Shown piece by piece: positions 18,612 to 28,120 of a stretch of DNA of 64,000 nucleotides. The translations under genes and the position numbers were made by a program. The notes beneath the pieces were generated by a model that saw only the letters and a program-made list of their open reading frames with translations, did no database searches and had not been told where the DNA came from. Every line of letters begins with the position of its first letter. Position 1 is the stretch's first letter. This DNA comes from an uncultured Chloroflexia bacterium (GTDB lineage Bacteria; Chloroflexota; Limnocylindria; Limnocylindrales; CSP1-4): contig CAWEYL010000005.1 in assembly GCA_963813335.1 (NCBI GenBank), positions 43,201 to 107,200 on the forward strand, in the 5' to 3' direction.

Positions 18612-19618
18612 CGGCCTCGTTACCGGACGACGGCACGGTGCTCGCCGCCGACCACATCACGAAGCGCTTCGGCGGCCTGCTCGCGATCAACGACATCAGC
18701 TTCGACATCCCGCGCGGCGCGATCGTCAGCCTGATCGGGCCGAACGGCGCGGGCAAGACCACGTTCTTCAACATCATCGCGGGCATCTACGACCCGACCA
18801 AGGGGTCGGTCGCCGTCGAGGGCCGCCGCCTGATCGCCCACTCCGTGCGCGGCTACCTCGAGCCGTTCGTGTGGACCGTCCCGGCCGTCGTCGTCGCGAT
18901 CCTGACGGCGATCGCCACGGTGGCATCGGGCTCGGAGACCACCGGGATCATCGGTCTCGCGCTGACGCTGGGGACGCTGACCACGATGCTGATCTCGGCC
19001 GTCGCCCGGCCGGCGTGGTACACCCGGCTGCTCAACCGGCTCGGGATCTTCCGGAGCGCCCGGCCGAACGACATGGTCGAGGCCGGCCTCGGCCGGACCT
19101 TCCAGAACATCCGCCTGTTCCAGAACATGACCGCGACCGAGAACGTCCTCGTCGGGATGCATATCAAGCTCCGGGCGAACATCGTCGACGCGATGCTCTC
19201 GACGCCGAAGAACCGCCGTGAGGAGGTTTCCTCCCGGCAGCGGGCCAACGAGCTCCTGAACCTCGTCGGGCTGCGCAATCGCGGCGAGGACCTGGCCAAG
19301 AGCCTGCCGTACGGCGACCAGCGGCGACTGGAGGTGGCGCGTGCGCTCGCGAGCGATCCGAAGCTCCTCCTGCTCGACGAGCCGACGGCCGGGATGAACC
19401 CGAACGAGACGGCCCAGATGATGGCCCTGATCAACAAGCTCCGGACAGAGCTGGGGCTGACCGTCCTCCTCATCGAGCACGACATGAAGGTGGTCATGGG
19501 CATCAGCGACCGGGTCACCGTGCTGGACCACGGCGAGAAGATCGCCGAGGGGACGCCGGAGGATGTCCGGAAGGACCCCAAGGTCATCGAGGCCTACCTC
19601 GGAGCCCCGGCTGTATGA
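18608..19618 (+). CDS. livG: Branched-chain amino acid ABC transporter ATP-binding protein (LivG family) with a ~70-aa hydrophobic insertion
   Basis: Walker A GPNGAGKTT, Q-loop RTFQNIRLF, signature YGDQRRLEVARA and Walker B LLLLDEPTAGMN. There is an extra segment between the Walker A region and the Q-loop. Confidence 0.9.
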   Translation: MTASLPDDGTVLAADHITKRFGGLLAINDISFDIPRGAIVSLIGPNGAGKTTFFNIIAGIYDPTKGSVAVEGRRLIAHSVRGYLEPFVWTVPAVVVAILTAIATVASGSETTGIIGLALTLGTLTTMLISAVARPAWYTRLLNRLGIFRSARPNDMVEAGLGRTFQNIRLFQNMTATENVLVGMHIKLRANIVDAMLSTPKNRREEVSSRQRANELLNLVGLRNRGEDLAKSLPYGDQRRLEVARALASDPKLLLLDEPTAGMNPNETAQMMALINKLRTELGLTVLLIEHDMKVVMGISDRVTVLDHGEKIAEGTPEDVRKDPKVIEAYLGAPAV

Positions 19619-20376
19619 CGACCGCGACCGTGGCCGCCACCGACACGCCGCGCGGGGAGCCGGGCGAGACCCTCCTCCACCTCGACGGCGTCCACACCTA
19701 CTACGGCCATATCCACGCCCTGCAGGGCGTCTCGCTCGATGTCCGGCGCGGCGAGATCGTGACCTTGATCGGCGCGAACGGAGCCGGCAAGACGACGACC
19801 CTCAAGACGATCTCCGGGCTGCTCCATCCGAGATCCGGGACCATCACCTTCGAAGGCAAGGACATCTCGAAGGCGAACGCGCACGACCTGGTCCGCGCCG
19901 GCATCAGCCAGGCGCCCGAGGCCCGCCGGATCTTCTCGCGCATGACCGTCCTGGAGAACCTCCAGATGGGCGGCTTCACGCGGCCGACGAAGGAGCTCGC
20001 CCAGGACACCGAGCGGGTCATGACGCTGTTCCCGCGCCTGCGCGAGCGCACCCACCAGCAGGGTGGGACGCTGTCGGGCGGCGAGCAGCAGATGCTCGCG
20101 ATCGGACGGGCCCTGATGGCCCGGCCGCGGGTCCTGCTGCTCGACGAGCCATCGCTGGGGCTCGCCCCCATCCTCGTCCAGCAGATCTTCGCGATCATCC
20201 GCGAGATCAACGACGCCGGGACGACGATCCTGCTCGTCGAGCAGAACGCGCTCCAGGCGCTCACCGTGGCGCATCGCGGCTACGTCCTCCAGACCGGGAC
20301 GGTCCTCCTGTCCGGCCCGGCGTCGGAGCTGATCACCAACGACATGGTGCGAAAGGCCTACCTCGGCGAGGTCTGA
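19615..20376 (+). CDS. livF: Branched-chain amino acid ABC transporter ATP-binding protein (LivF family)
   Basis: GANGAGKTTTLKTISG, LSGGEQQMLAIGRAL and LLLDEPSLGLAP. Confidence 0.92.
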   Translation: MTTATVAATDTPRGEPGETLLHLDGVHTYYGHIHALQGVSLDVRRGEIVTLIGANGAGKTTTLKTISGLLHPRSGTITFEGKDISKANAHDLVRAGISQAPEARRIFSRMTVLENLQMGGFTRPTKELAQDTERVMTLFPRLRERTHQQGGTLSGGEQQMLAIGRALMARPRVLLLDEPSLGLAPILVQQIFAIIREINDAGTTILLVEQNALQALTVAHRGYVLQTGTVLLSGPASELITNDMVRKAYLGEV

Positions 20377-20423
20377 CCCCGGATGATCCCGACCCCGACC
20401 GCCACGGACCGGGGCGGCCGGCG

Positions 20424-21125
20424 ATGAGCCCGCCGCTCGAGCGGGTCGGCGGACGGGGACCGAGCGAGAGGACGCTGCTCCGGGTCGTCGTGCTGGTCCT
20501 GTTCGCGGCCCTGCTGGCCGTGGTCAAGCCGTGGAGCGGCGGCGAGACGGGCGGGGTCGCGCCCGGGCCGTCGCGGGGAACGGCGGCGGCGGCGAGCGCG
20601 ACGCCCGCCGGACCGACGCCGAGTCCGACACCCGTCGATCCCGCGTCGGCCTTCTGCATCACGCCGAGCGACTGGCGCCTGACCTCGCTCGAGATCTTCG
20701 ACCACCAGACCATCCGGGTCTGGCAGACGATCAGCCCGATCCACGCGACGGGACCGACCGACCCGGACCTGCCGGAGGGCCTGGTCGTGTCGACGTCGGT
20801 CCGCGCGGTCGGCTGGTGCGCCCCGACGGCCGTGGACATCCGCCCGGCCGGGCCCGTGACCACGCGGATCTGGCGGGTCCCGACCGATGGCGAGCCGGTC
20901 GCGCTGGACCTCCGGCCGCGCCTCGGTCCGAGCGACCTGGGCGAGGACTACGCGGCACCCGACCTCGGCGCGGGAGCCAGCGACTGGACGCCGGGGCGCT
21001 ACGTCTTCGAGATCGCGGAGCCGAAACCGGGCCGCTCGTGGTGGTTCGCCGTGACGGTCCGCCGGTTCGTGCCCGACGGGCCGGCCGTCGCCCCCACGGA
21101 GTCACCCGCCTCGCCGGTACCATGA
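20424..21125 (+). CDS. Hypothetical membrane-anchored or secreted protein
   Basis: ATG at 20424. N-terminal TM segment (LLRVVVLVLFAALLAVV), an S/P/T-rich linker, then a globular region (FCITPSDWRLTSLEIFDHQTIRVWQ...RYVFEIAEPKPGRSWWFAVTV). Confidence 0.55.
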   Translation: MSPPLERVGGRGPSERTLLRVVVLVLFAALLAVVKPWSGGETGGVAPGPSRGTAAAASATPAGPTPSPTPVDPASAFCITPSDWRLTSLEIFDHQTIRVWQTISPIHATGPTDPDLPEGLVVSTSVRAVGWCAPTAVDIRPAGPVTTRIWRVPTDGEPVALDLRPRLGPSDLGEDYAAPDLGAGASDWTPGRYVFEIAEPKPGRSWWFAVTVRRFVPDGPAVAPTESPASPVP

Positions 21126-21132
21126 GCCGGGT

Positions 21133-21900
21133 ATGGACCTGGGGCTGACCGGACATCGAGCGCTCGTTGGCGGGGGGAGTGGCGGGCTCGGCGGCGCCAT
21201 CGCCGCCGTCCTGCGCGCCGAGGGCGTGGCGGTGGCGCTCGTCGCCCGGGAGAGCCCGCGGCTGGCGGCGGCCGCCTCGCGGCTGGACGCCGTGGCCGTG
21301 CCCGCCGACCTCTCGACACCGGACGGCCCGGCCGCCGCGGTGACCGGTACGGTGGCCGCCCTGGGCGGCCTGGACCTCCTGGTCGTCAACTCCGGCGGCC
21401 CGCCCATCGGGCGGTTCGTGGACCTCGACGAGGCGGCCTGGGCCAGGGCCATCGACGGCACGCTGTGGAGCACGATCCGGTTGGTGCGCGCGGCCCTGCC
21501 GGCCCTGCGCGACGGCCGCGACCCGGCGATCCTGGTGATCCTCTCGAGCTCGGTCCGCGAGCCCATCCCCGGGCTCGCGACGTCGAATGCGCTCCGGCCG
21601 GGACTCGCCGGACTGGTCAAGAGCCTCGTCGAGGAGATCGCCCCCATCCGCATCAACGCCCTCGCGCCGGGACGGCTGGCGACGGACCGCATCGCCGAGA
21701 TGGACGGGGCCCGGGCGGCGGGCAGTGGGGTCGCCGTCGAGGAGATCCGCCAGGCGCACGTCGCGCGCATCCCGCTCGGCCGCTACGGCGACCCGGCGGA
21801 GCTGGGCCGGGTGGGGGCGTTCCTCCTGTCGCCGGCCGCGTCCTATGTCACGGGCGCGATCGTCCCGGTGGACGGGGGGATGGTCAAGGCCCTCCCGTAG
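21133..21900 (+). CDS. SDR-family oxidoreductase
   Basis: Glycine-rich Rossmann motif GGGSGGLGGAIA, NSGG, and a C-terminal GRYGDPAELGRVGAFLLSPAASYVTGAIVPVDGG typical of classical SDRs. Confidence 0.85.
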   Translation: MDLGLTGHRALVGGGSGGLGGAIAAVLRAEGVAVALVARESPRLAAAASRLDAVAVPADLSTPDGPAAAVTGTVAALGGLDLLVVNSGGPPIGRFVDLDEAAWARAIDGTLWSTIRLVRAALPALRDGRDPAILVILSSSVREPIPGLATSNALRPGLAGLVKSLVEEIAPIRINALAPGRLATDRIAEMDGARAAGSGVAVEEIRQAHVARIPLGRYGDPAELGRVGAFLLSPAASYVTGAIVPVDGGMVKALP

Positions 21901-21915
21901 CGCTCGAGACCCGCG

Positions 21916-22358
21916 TCAGCGGCGCGACGGCTCGCGGGCCATGTCGTAGGTCGCCCGCGACAGCACGATGAGCCCAAGCGCCGAGAGCCACAGGCCGGGA
22001 CCGTTGGTGATGACCTGGGCGGGCTCGCTGAAGACGAACGCGCCGCGCGACAGCAGCTGGATGAAGCTGATCCCGAGCCCGACCCAGCCGGCGACGGTCA
22101 GGATCAGGTACGAGATCCAGCGGTCGACGCCGAGCGGCCGGTCGCCCGCGGCGTAGGGCAGCGCGACGAGCGCCAGCACCAGGATGCCGACAAGGAAGAC
22201 GACGATCCCCGCACCCTCGAAGCCGTTGCCGCTCAATGGGGTGATGCCGGTCTCACCGCCTCCGACCATCCACCACGGCAGGACGCAACCGATCACGAGC
22301 AGCACCCCGGCGACCGCGGCCAGCGTCCGCCCGCGGCCCAGCGGCCGCCGATGCATCG

Positions 22359-22362
<4 letters not shown>
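21916..22362 (-). CDS. Hypothetical integral membrane protein
   Basis: 148 aa with four hydrophobic helices. 4-nt overlap with the hpt stop, so it is the distal gene of the hpt operon. Confidence 0.6.
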
Positions 22363-22927
<565 letters not shown>

Positions 22928-22931
<4 letters not shown>

Positions 22932-23416
22932 CGCCCGCCCTCGGAGGCAGCCGGGGCCGCCAGTGGCCGCTGGCGGGTGCGGCGGGCCGCGCGCTCGGCG
23001 GCCGTGGGGACGGCGGCGGCCTCGCGGGCCACGGTCGCCGCCGCGCTCCCGCGCGGCGGGGTCGTCTGCCCGGAGCTGCCGGACAGCGCGTCGACGAGCG
23101 CGAGCTTGCCGTACTTGAGCATCAGCGCCCGGAAGTCGCGGGCGTAGAACAGCTTGATGGTGACGGCCGGATAGAGCTCGCGCAGGCGGCGCAGCTTGCG
23201 GTTCTTCTTGCGGACGAGCTTCTGGCGCAGCGTGGTCATCTCAAGGTAGCAGTCGAGGTCGGGCAGCCAGAAGTCCGGCGAGAAGCTCTCGACCACCTCG
23301 CCCTCGAGGTTCCACAGGATCGGGAAGGTGTGCGGCTCGTAGACCCAGCGGACGTCGTAGAAGTCGAGGATGCGGGCCATCTCGGCCTCGCTGGCGTGGG
23401 CGAACGAGGCGGTCAC
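22928..23416 (-). CDS. Hypothetical protein, possibly restriction-endonuclease-like fold
   Basis: GTG at 23416. Conserved-looking core ARILDFYDVRWVYEPHTFPI...FSPDFWLPDLDCYLEMTT, then a basic tail. 4-nt overlap with hpt. The fold assignment is inferred from the motif shape only. Confidence 0.5.
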
Positions 23417-23601
23417 CGGGCGCTGGGCAGGCGGCGCAGGTCGCCCCGTCGGGCCAGGATCCTGCGCCGGTCGGCGGGGACGCCGGCGCCGCAGGCGGTG
23501 CAGGCGACATCTTCGGGCGTCGGGCGGAGGCCGTCGCGAGGATCCATCGGCCCACAGTCTAGCCGAAGCGCCGGGGAGCACGGCGGGCGTCGCATCCGCC
23601 G

Positions 23602-23618
23602 ATACCCCCTGGGGGTAT
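23602..23618. promoter_or_regulatory. CsoR-type operator: perfect palindrome ATACCCCC-T-GGGGGTAT
   Basis: Seen directly 46 nt upstream of csoR, in the divergent intergenic region. It matches the GC-tract inverted repeat (TACCC...GGGTA) known for CsoR operators. It is followed by TAGGAT, a possible -10. Confidence 0.7.
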
Positions 23619-23663
23619 GGTAGGATCGTCTCCGTCCCGACGGGCGTCCCGTCGATCGCAGCG

Positions 23664-24035
23664 ATGAGGTCGTGTCTGATGCCAGCGAGCCCGGGCCGTC
23701 GGCCGGCGCCGAAGCCGGACCCGAGCCACTTCCGCCACAGCTACTCGAAGGACAAGACCCTGCTCGTGCGCCGCCTGTCGCGCATGGAGGGCCAGGTCCG
23801 CGGCATCGCCCGGATGATCGAGCGCGAGGAGTACTGCGTCGACATCCTCCAGCAGACCGCGGCGCTGCGCGCCGCGGTGGACGCCCTCTCGATCCTGGTC
23901 CTCGAGGACCACGTCCAGGGCTGCGTCCGCACCGCCGCGGAGGCCGGCCAGGCCGACGGCTACGTCGAGGAGGTCATCGACGTCGTCCGGCGCACCCTCG
24001 GACGGCCGGTCCGCGGTGGGGCCCGCACGAGCTAG
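23664..24035 (+). CDS. csoR: CsoR/RcnR-family metal-sensing transcriptional repressor (C-H-C copper-type fingerprint)
   Basis: RRLSRMEGQVRGIARMIEREEYCVDILQQTAALRAAVDALSILVLEDHVQGC, with Cys, His and Cys in the CsoR ligand positions. An alternative ATG lies at 23679. Confidence 0.88.
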   Translation: MRSCLMPASPGRRPAPKPDPSHFRHSYSKDKTLLVRRLSRMEGQVRGIARMIEREEYCVDILQQTAALRAAVDALSILVLEDHVQGCVRTAAEAGQADGYVEEVIDVVRRTLGRPVRGGARTS

Positions 24036-24069
24036 GACGAGGCGTCCCGACCACCGTCGCGGGCCCGAC

Positions 24070-24110
24070 TTATCCACGAATCCCGGGGTCCGTCGACACT
24101 TGGTGGATAA
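24070..24110. promoter_or_regulatory. Two perfect DnaA-box 8-mers (TTATCCAC) in inverted orientation, 25 bp apart
   Basis: TTATCCACg at 24070-24078 (+) and the reverse complement of TTATCCACc at 24102-24110. AT-rich 8-mers are rare in this GC-rich DNA. Confidence 0.6.
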
Positions 24111-24115
24111 CCTCG

Positions 24116-24144
24116 TTGACGCGTCGCGTCACGGCGCGTAGCGT
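24116..24144 (+). promoter_or_regulatory. Candidate promoter TTGACG-17 nt-TAGCGT upstream of rsmG
   Basis: Hexamers at 24116-24121 and 24139-24144 with a 17-nt spacer, immediately downstream of the DnaA boxes. Confidence 0.5.
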
Positions 24145-24259
24145 CCGTCATCCGCACTGGGGCGACCCGGGTACGGAGGTCCGCGAGGGGCTCGGGGAGA
24201 CCCGACCACGAACCGGACGGACGGCCGAAGCACCGGACCCACGCTCGTGGTGCGAAACG

Positions 24260-25111
24260 ATGACGCCGGGAGTGGCACGGCGCGGGACGATCGGCACGTA
24301 CAACAGGAGGCGTGCCCTGCAGCCCGCGCGTGAGCCGCTCCCGACGCGCGTCGAGGGCCTTCCACCGTTGCCGTCGGCCTATGCCGACGCCCTCGACGAT
24401 GGCCTGTCCCGCCTCGACCTCCACCTCGGCGCGGCCCAGCGCGCCGCCATCGACGGCCACGTGCGCCTGCTGCTGGCCTGGACGACGGCGATCAACCTCA
24501 CGGCCATCCGCGATCCGCGCGAGGTCGCCGTCGCGCACGTCCTCGACAGCCTCAGCGCGATCCCGCTGCTGCGCCGGCTGGGCATCGATGCCCTCGTGGA
24601 CCTCGGATCCGGCGGCGGCTTCCCCGGCCTGCCGCTCGCGGTCGCGCTGCCGGCGCGGCGGGCCGTGCTCGTCGAGTCGACCGCCAAGAAGGCACGCTTC
24701 CTGCAGACCGCGATCGCCGCCATCGAGGCGCACCCCGGCGACGGAGAGGCGGCCGCGCCGATCGCGGTGGCCGCGGTCCGCGCCGAGGCCCTCGCCCGCG
24801 ACCCGGCCCAGCGCGCCGCCTGGCCGTGCGTGACGGCGCGAGCCGTGGGTGCGCTTCCCGACCTGGTCGAGCTGTCCGTCCCACTGCTCCGGCCGGGCGG
24901 CGTCCTCGTCGCCTGGAAGCGCGGCGACCTCGCTGGCGAGCTCGCGGCCGGGCGGCGCGCACTCGACGCCCTCGGCGGCGGACGGCTCGAGACGACCGCC
25001 GTCGACCTGCCCGGCCTGGCCGATCACGTGCTGGTCGTGGTGACGGCCGCGGGCGCGGCGGACGCGGCGTATCCGCGCGATCCCGCCGTGCGCGCGAGGC
25101 GACCGTGGTGA
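24260..25111 (+). CDS. rsmG: 16S rRNA (guanine527-N7)-methyltransferase RsmG (GidB)
   Basis: LLLAWTTAINLTAIRDPREVAVAHVLDSL and SAM motif VDLGSGGGFPGLPLAV. The start is uncertain; ATG 24260 is the first in-frame ATG. Confidence 0.88.
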   Translation: MTPGVARRGTIGTYNRRRALQPAREPLPTRVEGLPPLPSAYADALDDGLSRLDLHLGAAQRAAIDGHVRLLLAWTTAINLTAIRDPREVAVAHVLDSLSAIPLLRRLGIDALVDLGSGGGFPGLPLAVALPARRAVLVESTAKKARFLQTAIAAIEAHPGDGEAAAPIAVAAVRAEALARDPAQRAAWPCVTARAVGALPDLVELSVPLLRPGGVLVAWKRGDLAGELAAGRRALDALGGGRLETTAVDLPGLADHVLVVVTAAGAADAAYPRDPAVRARRPW

Positions 25112-25137
25112 GCGACCCGCTGCTACGCTGACCGGCC

Positions 25138-25860
25138 ATGCGGATCGCGGTCCTGTCCGACATCCACAGCAACCTCGTCGCGCTCGATGCGGTCCTCGCC
25201 CACATGGGGACCGTCGACGCCGTCTGGCATCTCGGCGACGTCGTCGGGTACGGCCCGGAACCGGACGCCGTGGTCGATCGACTCGCTGGCCTCCGCGCGG
25301 TCGGCGTCCGCGGCAACCATGACGCGGCGGCCGCCGGCGGGCCCGAGATCGAGTACTTCAACCCGGACGCACGCAAGGCGATGGAGTGGACGATCGCGCG
25401 GATCTCCCCGGCGACCCGCACCCATCTCGCGGGGCTGCCGGAACGGCTGACCATCGAGGACGTCTCGCTCGTCCACGGCAGCCTGCGCGACCCGACCTGG
25501 GAGTACGTGACCACGCTGGCGATCGCCCGGGCATCGCTCGACCTGCTGGCCACACCGGTCGGGCTGCACGGCCACACCCACGTCCCGGTGGCCTTCATCG
25601 CCGAAGAGGAACGCACTGACGTGGTCGCGGTCGGCGACGCCACGCGCCTCCAGCTCCCGGACCGTCCGGTCCTGCTGAACCCGGGCAGTGTCGGCCAGCC
25701 ACGCGACGGCGATCCCCGGGCCGCCTACCTCGTCCTCGACACCGAGGCCAGGGTCGTGACCTGGCACCGCGTCGAGTACGACATCGCCGCCGTGATGGCC
25801 GCGATGCACGCGGCCGAGTTGCCGGTCCGCCTCGCCGAGCGGCTCCGCCATGGACTCTGA
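25138..25860 (+). CDS. Metallophosphoesterase (YfcE/MJ0936-like)
   Basis: Motifs MRIAVLSDIHSN, GDVVGYGPEP, GNHD and GHTHVP. Confidence 0.88.
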   Translation: MRIAVLSDIHSNLVALDAVLAHMGTVDAVWHLGDVVGYGPEPDAVVDRLAGLRAVGVRGNHDAAAAGGPEIEYFNPDARKAMEWTIARISPATRTHLAGLPERLTIEDVSLVHGSLRDPTWEYVTTLAIARASLDLLATPVGLHGHTHVPVAFIAEEERTDVVAVGDATRLQLPDRPVLLNPGSVGQPRDGDPRAAYLVLDTEARVVTWHRVEYDIAAVMAAMHAAELPVRLAERLRHGL

Positions 25861-26025
25861 TCGAGCGGCCGCGTGTGGCATCGCCTGGACCGATTGCTGT
25901 ATAACCAAGTCGCCAAGCGGCGCAGGGCCGAACCTGTCGGGCGCGAACCCACGGTCATCGCCGACGTCCGGTTCCGACGCGGCGACTGATCCCCGGGCCG
26001 CGTCCCGCCCACGACTGGAGTCCCG

Positions 26026-28086
26026 TTGATCGGAGGCCGGCGGCCCCTGCAGGGCCGCAAACCGGCGGACAAGCGCGTCCGGATCGAGCGCCCGCACGCC
26101 CCCTTCTTCCGCTACGTCGGGCCCGGCCAGCTGGTCGCCAAGCCGGGCGCCAACATCGCCCAGACGCCGACCGGGCGCTTCCTCGCGCGCACCCGCGCCA
26201 TCGTCTTCGGCCGCCCGCTGTCGAACGAGGAGGAGATCGGCGAGCGCCTCTCGAAGACCAAGGCCCTGGCGATCTTCAGCTCCGACGCGATCAGCTCGTC
26301 CGCCTATGCGACCGAGGAGATCCTGCGGGTCCTGCTGCTCGCCGGCGCCAGCGCCCTCTTCCTGTCGATCCAGGTCGCGATCGCGATCACGGTCCTGCTG
26401 GCCGTGGTGTCGGTGTCGTACCGCCAGGTCTGCCGCGCCTATCCGAACGGCGGCGGTGCCTACGTCGTGGCGCGGACCAACCTGGCCCCGATCTTCGGGC
26501 TCATCGCGGCCGCGGCCCTCCTGATCGACTACGTGATGACGGTCGCGGTCTCGACGGCGGCGGCGATCACCCAGATCCAGTCGGTCATCCCGGCCGCCTA
26601 CGACGTCCGGATCGAGATCGCCTTCATCTCGATCTCGCTGATCACCATCGCCAACCTGCGCGGCCTGCGCGAGTCGGGGAACATCTTCGCGGTGCCGACG
26701 TACCTTTTCGTGGGGCTGGCCCTCTCGATCGTGGCCATCGGGCTCGTCAACATCGTCGGCGGGACGGTCGTCCAGCCGCCGCCGACCGACGCGGTCCCAT
26801 TCCCGCCGGCGAACGCGCTCGAGCCGATCGGGATCCTGCTGCTGCTGAAGGCCTTCGCCGGCGGCTCGGTCGCACTGACCGGCGTCGAGGCGATCGCCAA
26901 CGGTGTGCCGGCGTTCAAGCCGCCCGAATCGAAGAACGCCGCGAACACCATGACCGCGATGGCGGTCCTGCTGGGCATCCTGTTCGTCGGGCTCACCCTC
27001 GTCGCGGTCGCCTACGGGCTCCGTCCCACCAATCCCGGCGGCGCGTCGATCGTCGCCCTCGCCGCGGAGGCGACCTTCGGCGAGGGCTCCGTGTTCTTCA
27101 TCGCGTTCGCGGCGTCGACCGCGCTGATCCTGTTCCTGGCCGCGAACACGAGCTTCAATGCCTTCCCGCGCCTCGCCGCGATCCTGGCCGAGGACGGCTA
27201 CATGCCCCGCCAGTTCTCGTTCCGCGGCGATCGCCTCGCCTACTCCTGGGGGATCGTCCTGCTGGCGGCGGTCGCGTTCGGCCTGCTCTGGTTCTTCGGC
27301 GGCGACACCCACGCGCTGATCCCGCTCTACTCGGTGGGCGTGTTCGTCTGCTTCACCCTCAGCCAGATCGGCATGGTCCGCCACTGGCTCACGGTCCGCG
27401 AGTCCGGCTGGCACTGGCGCATGGCGGTCAATGGGCTCGGGGCCGTGCTGACCGCGGTCGTGCTCGCGGTCGTCGTCTCCGAGAAGTTCGAGGCCGGTGC
27501 CTACCTCGTGGTGATCCTCGTCCCGACCCTCGTCGCGATGATGCTGTTCATCAGCCACCAGTACAGCCGCTCGAAGCGCGAGCTGGCGGTCCGTCCGGAC
27601 CTGGTCGTCCAGGCGCTGCACCGCGAGGAGCGGGCCGTCGTCCCGATCCCGGGTCTCAACCGCGCCGTCGTCCAGGCCATCAACGTCGCCCGCTCGATCA
27701 GCGACGACATCCGCGCGGTCTATATCAGCGACGACCCGGAATCCGCGGCGCGCCTGCGCACCGATTTCGAGCGGCAGATCCCCGGGGTGCCGCTGGTGGT
27801 CGTCGAATCGCCGTACCGGGCCCTGGCCGGACCGCTGCTCGCCTACCTCGACGTGCTGGACGCCGCGTGGCCCCCGGGCAAGCACGAGCCGATCACCTTC
27901 GTGGTGATCCCCGAGTACGTGGCCCGCTCGTGGTGGGAGCGCATCCTCTACAACCAGGCGGCCAAGCGGCTGCGGACGGTGCTCCTGGGGCGCCCCCACA
28001 CCGTGGTCGTGAACGTCCCATACCGGCGCGAGGACCGCGACCAGTTCGAGGGCGCGCATGCCGCCGACGAGGCGAAGCTGGAGTAG
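26026..28086 (+). CDS. APC-superfamily permease with a large C-terminal cytoplasmic domain
   Basis: TTG start. ALAIFSSDAISSSAYATEEILRVL and about 12 TM helices, then a ~200-aa soluble C-terminus. Followed by USP and two TrkA genes. Confidence 0.82.
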   Translation: MIGGRRPLQGRKPADKRVRIERPHAPFFRYVGPGQLVAKPGANIAQTPTGRFLARTRAIVFGRPLSNEEEIGERLSKTKALAIFSSDAISSSAYATEEILRVLLLAGASALFLSIQVAIAITVLLAVVSVSYRQVCRAYPNGGGAYVVARTNLAPIFGLIAAAALLIDYVMTVAVSTAAAITQIQSVIPAAYDVRIEIAFISISLITIANLRGLRESGNIFAVPTYLFVGLALSIVAIGLVNIVGGTVVQPPPTDAVPFPPANALEPIGILLLLKAFAGGSVALTGVEAIANGVPAFKPPESKNAANTMTAMAVLLGILFVGLTLVAVAYGLRPTNPGGASIVALAAEATFGEGSVFFIAFAASTALILFLAANTSFNAFPRLAAILAEDGYMPRQFSFRGDRLAYSWGIVLLAAVAFGLLWFFGGDTHALIPLYSVGVFVCFTLSQIGMVRHWLTVRESGWHWRMAVNGLGAVLTAVVLAVVVSEKFEAGAYLVVILVPTLVAMMLFISHQYSRSKRELAVRPDLVVQALHREERAVVPIPGLNRAVVQAINVARSISDDIRAVYISDDPESAARLRTDFERQIPGVPLVVVESPYRALAGPLLAYLDVLDAAWPPGKHEPITFVVIPEYVARSWWERILYNQAAKRLRTVLLGRPHTVVVNVPYRREDRDQFEGAHAADEAKLE

Positions 28087-28120
28087 TCGGGCGGCACCGG
28101 TGGTATCGTGACCGCCGCCC

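Noticed and set aside
23413-23595. Interpretation of the 60-aa Cys-containing ORF as a frameshifted N-terminal zinc-ribbon of the 22928..23416 protein.
   Set aside because: Its TGA overlaps a GTG start (GTGA) of the downstream ORF, so a clean two-gene model needs no frameshift. It has only one CxxC pair, so a zinc ribbon is unsupported. Whether the small ORF is coding at all remains uncertain.
24036-24260. Chromosomal replication origin (oriC), suggested by the DnaA boxes next to gidB/rsmG.
   Set aside because: There are only two boxes, no AT-rich unwinding element, and no dnaA, dnaN, parAB or rpmH in the window. I keep them as DnaA-binding or regulatory sites, not as an origin call.
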